The position numbers and the translations under genes were made by a program. From Myxococcales bacterium (GTDB taxonomy: Bacteria; Myxococcota_A; UBA9042): a DNA stretch of 14,105 nucleotides. This document shows, in pieces, positions 7,772 to 14,105 of this stretch. The notes under the pieces were generated by a model. The model was not told where the DNA came from. It saw only the letters and a program-made list of their open reading frames with translations, and made no database searches. Location: positions 1 through 14,105 of the forward strand of contig JBBISH010000147.1 of assembly GCA_037441385.1 (NCBI GenBank). Direction: 5' to 3'. Numbering within the stretch: the first letter of the stretch is position 1; each line of letters begins with the position of its first letter.

Positions 7772-9607
7772 ATGCCCGCGCTGCACCACCCCGTCGTGGC
7801 CATCATCCAGGCGCGGATGGGGTCGAGTCGGCTGCCCGGCAAGGTGCTGTTGCGCGTGGCGGGGCGCAGCCTGCTGCACCACCTGATCGAGCGTCTGCAA
7901 CAGTGCGAAACCTTGGACCAGGTCGTGGTCGCGACCACCGTAGAGCCCGGTGACGACGCGGTGGCGGCCGAGGCTCAGCGCCTGGGAATCCCTTGTTTTC
8001 GCGGCAGTGTCGACGATGTGCTCGGGCGCTTCGACGTGGCGGTGCAGCATACAGGGGCGGCCACGATCGTGCGCGTGACGGGCGACTGCCCGCTGATGGC
8101 GCCGGCCGAGGTGGATCGGGTCGTGCGCGGCGCGGTGAAAGCGGGACCTGACGGGCAGGGCGCCGACTACGCCGCCAACCAGATGCCCGGCAAGATGAAG
8201 CTGCCGCTGGGCTATGCGGTCGAGGTGGTGCGGCGCGCGGCGTTCGACCGGGCGGTGCGCGAGGCGACGGCCCGCTATGCCCGCGAGCACGTGATGCCCT
8301 ATCTCTATGAAGAGCCTGGACGTTTCGTGACGGCGTGGATCGAGCCGGAGGTGGCGGCGCCCGACCTGCGCGTCACGGTGGATACGCCGGCGGACTTTGC
8401 GGTCGTGCGGGCCGTGCTCGAAGCCATGGACGGCCAGCCCCAGGCGCTGACGGTGGCCGGCGTGGTGGCGTGGCTGCGCCAGCACCCCGAAGTGGCCGCG
8501 TTGAATCAAGAAATTGGCCAGAAGTCCTTCCGCGAGGCGGCTGGGACCTGCCTGCTGCTTCGTGCGGACGGCGGGCCGCAAGTCGGCCTGGGGCACATCT
8601 TGCGATTGGCGGGCCTGGGGCAGGCCTGGCGCCAGCGCGGTGGGCGCGCCCGGCTGCTGTGCGGCTTCTTGACGCCGGCCCTGCAGCAGCGGTTGACCGC
8701 GATGGGCCTGGAAGTCGCCGAAATTCCATCCGTCATCACGCCGGGCTCCCCAGAGGATCTGGCCTGGACGATGCAGCAAAGTGTGGACCACGCAGCGCCT
8801 GCGGTGGTGGTCGACGGCTACTGCTTTGACCCGGTGTGGCTGCACGAATTGCGCGCCCGCGGTCCCAAGGTCGCGTATGTCGACGATTTTGGCGACGCGC
8901 GCCTGCAGTTGGACTTGGTGCTGATGCCCAACGTGGGCGCCGAGCCGCCCGACGGGGTCCAGAGCCGGGTCCTGGCCGGAGCGCCTTTTACGCCGGTGCG
9001 CGCGGAGTTCCAGGGCCTGCCGGCCAAGCAGCCACCGCAGCCGGGGCGGCGCCGGCTGTTGCTGACCTTTGGCGGGGCCGATCCAGCTCAGATGAGCGAG
9101 CGCGCGCTGGCTGCCGCCTTGCAGGTCCGGCAACAGGCCGAAAGCATGGGCCAAGTCGAGATCGACCTGGTGCTGGGAGCTGCGGTGCCGGCCGAGCGCG
9201 CGGCGGTGCTGGCCCAACTGGCGCACGGACGGCCGGATGTGCGGATCCTGCGCGATGTCGCGGATATGCGGGCCCTGATGGCGCAGTCCGATGTGGCGGT
9301 GGCGGCGGCGGGGACCACCTGCTGGGAGCTGGCGGCGGCCGGGGTGCCGATGCTGGTGGTACAAGTGGCCGACAATCAAGCCGTGGTTGTGCGCGGTATC
9401 GTCGGCTCGGGCGCGGCGACCGCGCTGCCCCGGGCGGACCAACTGAGCGACGCCGAGCTGCGGCAGCAACTGCTTCAGCTACTTTTGCTGGATGATTTGG
9501 CCTGGCTGGCGCGCTCGCAGGCCGGGCAGAAGCTGATCGATGGCCAGGCGGCGACGCGAATCGCGCAGAGTTTGGCCGAGTTGACGTCTGCGCCGCAGCC
9601 CAAGTAG
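7772..9607 (+). CDS. Fusion: SpsF/PseF-type cytidylyltransferase + PseG-type UDP-sugar hydrolase
   Basis: N-terminal half: IIQARMGSSRLPGKVL, FRGSVDDVLGRF, VRVTGDCPL, REHVMPY, LRVTVDT..DF. From about nt 8550: LRADGGPQVGLGHILR, VVVDGY, LLTFGGADP, AAAGTTCWEL, VADNQ. Confidence 0.88.
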   Translation: MPALHHPVVAIIQARMGSSRLPGKVLLRVAGRSLLHHLIERLQQCETLDQVVVATTVEPGDDAVAAEAQRLGIPCFRGSVDDVLGRFDVAVQHTGAATIVRVTGDCPLMAPAEVDRVVRGAVKAGPDGQGADYAANQMPGKMKLPLGYAVEVVRRAAFDRAVREATARYAREHVMPYLYEEPGRFVTAWIEPEVAAPDLRVTVDTPADFAVVRAVLEAMDGQPQALTVAGVVAWLRQHPEVAALNQEIGQKSFREAAGTCLLLRADGGPQVGLGHILRLAGLGQAWRQRGGRARLLCGFLTPALQQRLTAMGLEVAEIPSVITPGSPEDLAWTMQQSVDHAAPAVVVDGYCFDPVWLHELRARGPKVAYVDDFGDARLQLDLVLMPNVGAEPPDGVQSRVLAGAPFTPVRAEFQGLPAKQPPQPGRRRLLLTFGGADPAQMSERALAAALQVRQQAESMGQVEIDLVLGAAVPAERAAVLAQLAHGRPDVRILRDVADMRALMAQSDVAVAAAGTTCWELAAAGVPMLVVQVADNQAVVVRGIVGSGAATALPRADQLSDAELRQQLLQLLLLDDLAWLARSQAGQKLIDGQAATRIAQSLAELTSAPQPK

Positions 9608-9640
9608 CTGCAGAGGGTGGGCGCGCGAAGGGAGAGTGCG

Positions 9641-11182
9641 ATGATCGACGACATCTTCATGGGCGAGCGCCGGCTGGGTGCCGGCCAACCTTGCTACATC
9701 ATTGCGGAAGCTGGCAGCAACCACAACGGCAGCTACGAACAGGCGCTCGCGCTCATCGACGTGGCGGTCGAGGCGGGCTGCGATGCCGTGAAATTTCAAG
9801 TGTTCTCGGCCGATCAGCTGTATGCGCCCGAGGCGGGCAAAAGCGACTACTTGGGCGACGAACGTTCGATCTACGACATCATCCGCGCCATGGAACTGCC
9901 CGCGGAATGGCTGCCCAAGTTGTCGGAATACTGCAAGAAGCGCGGCATCGAGTTCCTGTGCTCGGCCTTTGACGAGGCGGCGGTGGACCTGGTCGATCCG
10001 TATGTGGTGGCGTGGAAGAACGCCAGCTACGAGCTGACCCACTTGCCGCTGCTGCGCCACATGCTGAGCAAGGGCAAGCCGGTGCTGGCGTCGACCGGGA
10101 CCGCCACGCTGGATGAAGTGGGCGAAGTAATTGGCCATTTGCGCGCCGATCTGGGCGACAAGCCGCTGCCGCTGGTGCTGCTCCAGTGTACGGCCGCCTA
10201 CCCGGCGCCGCTGACCGCCGCGCATGCCAAGGTGGTCGCGACCTTGCGCGAGGCATTTGGCGTCTGGACAGGGCTGTCTGACCACAGCGGCGAGTCGTGG
10301 GCGGCGGCGGTGGCGGCGGTCGCGCAAGGCGCCGTAGTGGTCGAAAAGCACTACACACTGAGCCGGCGGCTGCCCGGGCCGGATCATCGCTTTGCTCTGG
10401 AGCCCAAGGACTTGGCCAAGATGGTCCGCGCGATTCGCCTGGTCGAGACGGCACTGGGCAGCGGCGCCAAGACAGTGGACCCGGTGGAAGAGGAGCTGCG
10501 GCACTTTGCGCGCCGTTCGGTGTTCACGACTCGTGCGCTAAAGGCCGGACACGTCTTGCAGGCCGGGGACTTGCGTGTGCTGCGCCGGGGCAAGCTGCCG
10601 GCCGGGCTCGAGCCGCACACCGCGCCTTTGCTGCCGGGCCAGACCCTAGCGCGCGACGTGGGCGCGTTCGCGCCGCTGCAGGCGCACGACCTGGTCGACA
10701 GCCAGGCTTTTCGCGCGGATCCGCTGACGATTCGCCGGGCTGGACCGCACGACGCGCTGCGGGTGTGGCAGTGGAATAACGAGCCGGGGGCGCGCGCCAT
10801 GTCGCTGCGGCCCGATTCGATCCCGTGGGACAGCCACCTGCGCTGGTTCGCGGCCAAGCTGGGCGACCCGCATTGTCGCCTGTGGATTGCGGAATTCGGC
10901 GGCCAGCCGGTTGGCGTGGTGCGGATCGAGCCGTCGGGCGGGCAGGGCGTCGTGTCGCTGGCCCTGGACCCCGAAGCGCGTGGGCAGGGCCACGGCCGCA
11001 AGCTGCTCCAGCTGGCGTGCCGCCGCTACTGTGGTGAGACCGGCCAGCGCGCCGTGGAAGCGTTGATCCTGCCGGCCAACCCGGCGAGCCAAAAAGCTTT
11101 CGAGGCCGCGGGGTTCAAGGCTGAGGGCGAGCGTCACATGGGCGATCGGACCGTGCTGGTCTACCGCTGGCAATTGACGTAG
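9641..11182 (+). CDS. pseI: Fusion: NeuB/PseI/SpsE-family nonulosonic acid synthase (with SAF domain) + C-terminal GNAT acetyltransferase (PseH-like)
   Basis: IIAEAGSNHNG, AVKFQ, LLQCTAAYPA, GLSDHS, EKHYTL, GPDH and SAF-type RRSVF. From about nt 10720 a GNAT: WQWNNEP..R..S....I.W..H..WF, RGQGHG, N.ASQKAFEAAGF. ATG 9641 follows GGGAG. Confidence 0.85.
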   Translation: MIDDIFMGERRLGAGQPCYIIAEAGSNHNGSYEQALALIDVAVEAGCDAVKFQVFSADQLYAPEAGKSDYLGDERSIYDIIRAMELPAEWLPKLSEYCKKRGIEFLCSAFDEAAVDLVDPYVVAWKNASYELTHLPLLRHMLSKGKPVLASTGTATLDEVGEVIGHLRADLGDKPLPLVLLQCTAAYPAPLTAAHAKVVATLREAFGVWTGLSDHSGESWAAAVAAVAQGAVVVEKHYTLSRRLPGPDHRFALEPKDLAKMVRAIRLVETALGSGAKTVDPVEEELRHFARRSVFTTRALKAGHVLQAGDLRVLRRGKLPAGLEPHTAPLLPGQTLARDVGAFAPLQAHDLVDSQAFRADPLTIRRAGPHDALRVWQWNNEPGARAMSLRPDSIPWDSHLRWFAAKLGDPHCRLWIAEFGGQPVGVVRIEPSGGQGVVSLALDPEARGQGHGRKLLQLACRRYCGETGQRAVEALILPANPASQKAFEAAGFKAEGERHMGDRTVLVYRWQLT

Positions 11183-11245
11183 CGCGCTCGCGTCCGCAAA
11201 CTGGCAGGAACGCGCCGCCGCGCGGCAGAGGGCCCCAAAGTGGCC

Positions 11246-12988
11246 ATGTTGCCTCGCCTCCTTGGGTTGCTAATGGTCACCCTGCTGCTGGCTGCAGCAA
11301 GCCGGCCTGCGCACGCCCAGAGCGAGCGGGTCGAGGCGGCCTGGCACGGGGTGGTCTTTGATGCCGCCGGTTTTCAAGAGGTGGTGGCGCTGGTCGAGCA
11401 GCACCATGTGCTGCCCAAGGTGCCTCCTCGCGCCTGGGCCATGGCGGTAGCGGGCGCCGCCAAGACGCTGCAGCTACCCGTCGAGATTCTGCCGGCGGAC
11501 CTGTACAAACGGCTGATCTCGAACGAGTTGACCGCACCGTTTGTTGCGGGTGAGCGCGTCGTGCTGCCCGAGTGCGCGGCGGCCGGCGTCGTGGCCTTCC
11601 GCAAGAACGGCGACGAAGGCCCGGCCCCGACCAACGTAGAGGAGTTGCGTGCGCGCCGGCAGTTGCATCGCGACCTGGCCCGCCAGCTGCGCGACGCCTG
11701 GGACGAGGTGGGGCTGCCGCGCGACACCGCGAAGTGTCTGCTTCAGGGGTTCGCCGCCCAGCTCGCGTCCGCGGCGACCCCCACGCAAGACGGCGACACT
11801 CCTGTGGATCCCGACTGGCGGACCACGGCCCGGACACGCATGTGGCGGCAGGCCGCCAACCACTTCCTGAGCGCGATGGATGCCCACGGCGGGCTCATCC
11901 CCACGGCACTGTTCACCGAGTTCGAGCGCGAGGCCGCGGTTCAACAGGCCGTGGATGTGGGGCTGGTTGCCTTGCGCGACGGCAACGTCGTGCGCGTGCA
12001 GCGGGTGGAGCGCGGCGGGCCCGCGGCCGAAGCGGGCATCCAAAAGGGCGATGTTCTGCTGCAAATCGACGGGCATCCGGTGGCCAGTTGGGGCGGCTGG
12101 CAATTGATGCAGGCGCTGGAGGGCAAGCCTGGCAGCACCGTAGAGGTGACGGTGCAGACGGGCAAGGCCCCAAAACGGATTGTGAAGTTGGTGCGACGCG
12201 CCATCGTGAAATCGACCGTGGCGAGCTACGCGGGCGGTCAGCAAACGGGCGTGGCGGTGCTGCGCGTGCCTGGCTTTGCCTCGGGGGTAGCGGCGGCAGC
12301 GACGCCGGGGCTCGAGGACGTGGCCGCCGAGCAGAAAGCCAAGTCGCGTGCGGTGGTGCTCGATCTGCGCGGCAACGGCGGCGGCTGGGTCAAAGAGGCC
12401 ATCGCCTTTGCGGATCGGTTCTTGAGCCAGGGCGTGATCGCGAGCGAGCACTTTCGCGACGGGGCGCCCGAAGTCTTTCAAGCGACCGCCAGTCCAGATG
12501 ATTTGCGCCTGCCGCTGGTCGTGCTAGTGGACAACGAGTGCCGCTCGGCGTGCGAGTTGGTGAGCGCGGCGCTGCAGGATCAGGACCGTGCCGTGGTGGT
12601 GGGGCAGCGGACCTATGGCAAGGGCTCGGTGCAAGCCGTGGTCGACGCCAAGACCGGGCCGTGGTCGGTGCTGGTGACCATCGCCATCTACCGCGGACCG
12701 CGCGGACGCACGCTGCAAGCGCAGGGAGTTGAACCGGATTTGCCCATAGCGGCCCGGGGCGCCGCGGCCCAGGCCATCGCCCGCGAGGCCGACTCGGCAG
12801 CGGCACTGCGGCCGGTGGAGCCGCTGCCGCCGCACAAAAGCGCCCTGATGAGCCCCGAGTTGCAGGCTTGCATCGCCAAGCGCCAGCAAGGGAGCGAGCC
12901 CTGGCGGGTCAGCATGCGCCAAACCGACACGGTGCTCCTTGCGGGCATCGACGCAGCGGCCTGTTTGGCAGAGTCTGCGCCCAAGTAG
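11246..12988 (+). CDS. Exported S41-family (CtpA/Prc-like) carboxyl-terminal protease with a PDZ domain
   Basis: Signal peptide ending AHA; PDZ (VG..RVQRVERGGPAAEAGIQKGD.LLQIDG); VLDLRGNGGG; catalytic Ser in RSACE; Lys in TYGKGSVQ; GVEPD. Confidence 0.88.
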   Translation: MLPRLLGLLMVTLLLAAASRPAHAQSERVEAAWHGVVFDAAGFQEVVALVEQHHVLPKVPPRAWAMAVAGAAKTLQLPVEILPADLYKRLISNELTAPFVAGERVVLPECAAAGVVAFRKNGDEGPAPTNVEELRARRQLHRDLARQLRDAWDEVGLPRDTAKCLLQGFAAQLASAATPTQDGDTPVDPDWRTTARTRMWRQAANHFLSAMDAHGGLIPTALFTEFEREAAVQQAVDVGLVALRDGNVVRVQRVERGGPAAEAGIQKGDVLLQIDGHPVASWGGWQLMQALEGKPGSTVEVTVQTGKAPKRIVKLVRRAIVKSTVASYAGGQQTGVAVLRVPGFASGVAAAATPGLEDVAAEQKAKSRAVVLDLRGNGGGWVKEAIAFADRFLSQGVIASEHFRDGAPEVFQATASPDDLRLPLVVLVDNECRSACELVSAALQDQDRAVVVGQRTYGKGSVQAVVDAKTGPWSVLVTIAIYRGPRGRTLQAQGVEPDLPIAARGAAAQAIAREADSAAALRPVEPLPPHKSALMSPELQACIAKRQQGSEPWRVSMRQTDTVLLAGIDAAACLAESAPK

Positions 12989-13126
12989 CGGTCTCTTGCC
13001 TACCGATTCGCACGGATGGGGTATCATGACGCGACGCCGGGCGTCCGGCATTCGGATTCGCATGTTCGTTGGCCGTTGCGACCCCAGTTCGACTCGCCGG
13101 GCGCGGCCCACTGCCAAGGGGTCGCC

Positions 13127-13942
13127 ATGAACACTGCGCATCCGCTGCGACCGTGGCAAGTGCCCATGGCCAAAGAGCATGGTGCCTGGGTGATGCTGGC
13201 GACCGCGCTGGCGGTGGGGCTTTTGCAGGCGCCGCCTGGCCAGCGGGGCGCAAGTCTTTGGCTGGCTCTGGGGGTGGTGTCAGCGTTTTTGGCCCGCGAG
13301 CCCGCGGCTGTGGCCCTTGGGCAGCGCACGGCGCGGCGCCGGGCGATCCAGGGTTCGGTGGCGGGCCTGCAGGCGGTGGTCCTGGCGGGGATCGCTGTGC
13401 TGGCGGGCAGTTGGGCGCTGTTGCCGCTCCGAAGCGACGTGCTCGTCGTATTGGCCCTGTTGGCGGCCCCAGGCGTGGTCGCGACGGCTGCCGTGGTGCG
13501 GGGCAAAGAGCACACGCTGCTGGCGGAGCTCGCGGCGGCGATTGCCCTGGCGTTGGCCGGATTGCTCGTGGAATTGTCTGCCCCGTCGCAGGGTTTGCAC
13601 CACTCCTGGCCGGCCTACCTGGCCTGGGGAACGGCCTTTGTCGCCTTGACCCTGGGCGTGCACCTGGCCAAGCGGCGTCTCTTGCGCATTTGGTCGCCGC
13701 TGCGGGTGCTGCTGGCCAACCTGCTGCTCGAAGTTGCGATTGTCGCTGGGTTTGCCCTGGCCCACGGCTTCGCAACTGGTCTGAGTCGCGTGCCCACGGC
13801 CGTGCTGGCGCCGTGGCTGGTGGCGCTGGCGGGCCCCATGCTGTGCCTGCTGGCCCGGCGTCCCAAAGACATGAAGGCTGTGGGGCTAGCGGCGGCGGTC
13901 CTGCATGGGGTGGCGTTGGTGGCGGGCTACCGGATGGTGTAG
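13127..13942 (+). CDS. YwiC-like integral membrane protein
   Basis: N-terminal KEHGAWVML motif typical of YwiC-like proteins, multiple TM helices, late K.VG motif. ATG 13127 follows AAGGGG; the track start is 13016. Confidence 0.75.
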   Translation: MNTAHPLRPWQVPMAKEHGAWVMLATALAVGLLQAPPGQRGASLWLALGVVSAFLAREPAAVALGQRTARRRAIQGSVAGLQAVVLAGIAVLAGSWALLPLRSDVLVVLALLAAPGVVATAAVVRGKEHTLLAELAAAIALALAGLLVELSAPSQGLHHSWPAYLAWGTAFVALTLGVHLAKRRLLRIWSPLRVLLANLLLEVAIVAGFALAHGFATGLSRVPTAVLAPWLVALAGPMLCLLARRPKDMKAVGLAAAVLHGVALVAGYRMV

Positions 13943-13945
13943 ACG

Positions 13946-14030
13946 CCTGCCTTACCGGATGCCGACAGCGGTCACGGTTCGGCCCCCTCACCCGGCCGGC
14001 GTTGCCGTCCACCCTCTCCCGCCCTGGAGG
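13946..14030 (+). repeat. Single partial copy of the repeat unit at 1324-1569
   Basis: CCTGCCTTACCGGATG (13946-13961) is identical to 1332-1347 and is followed by CCCTCACCC...CCCTCTCCC (13985-14020). Confidence 0.75.
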
Positions 14031-14105
14031 TTGTTGCATAAGGGTCGAATTCGGGTGCTTTCGCCGTGCAACCGATTGAATGTATTGGCGTCAGAATTCT
14101 GCGAA

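Noticed and set aside
6545..9469. 974-aa minus-strand ORF
   Set aside because: Antisense shadow of pseC and spsF-pseG, expected from high-GC codon bias; no recognisable motifs.
12996..13027. TTGCCT...TATCAT promoter or FNR box upstream of the YwiC-like gene
   Set aside because: The spacing is 20 nt and there is no TTGAT-N4-ATCAA match.
350..13942. Genome-wide TAG reassignment (alternative genetic code)
   Set aside because: The TAGs fall at natural protein ends and none interrupts a conserved domain.
12909..14079. Long Pro/Gly/Ala-rich ORFs overlapping the YwiC-like gene
   Set aside because: Alternative-frame artefacts of GC-rich coding sequence.
14081..14105. TGT-starting sequence with a CAGAATTCTG palindrome as an IS end
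   Set aside because: Only 25 nt are visible and there is no partner repeat in the window.

Overview
GC-rich bacterial window with three blocks. (1) Sulfur block, 350-2922: a pair of short YeeE/YedE-family membrane proteins converges on a CysM-like cysteine synthase fused to a C-terminal rhodanese domain. Both transcription units have sigma70-like promoters and carry a shared 16-bp motif (12/16 identical), and a ~246-bp palindromic repeat separates them. (2) Surface-glycan block, 3100-11182: an unannotated GT-B-like protein, a Wzx flippase, a GT2 with a TPR-like tail, PseC, a SpsF/PseF-PseG fusion and a PseI(NeuB)-SAF-GNAT(PseH-like) fusion. This looks like a compact pseudaminic-acid-type nonulosonic acid pathway with no PseB in view. 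(3) An exported S41/PDZ protease and a YwiC-like membrane protein, followed by a partial copy of the same repeat. A minus-strand gene (MGKAYTQEQR...) starts at position 31 and leaves the window. All calls come from recognising motifs by eye; no searches were run.
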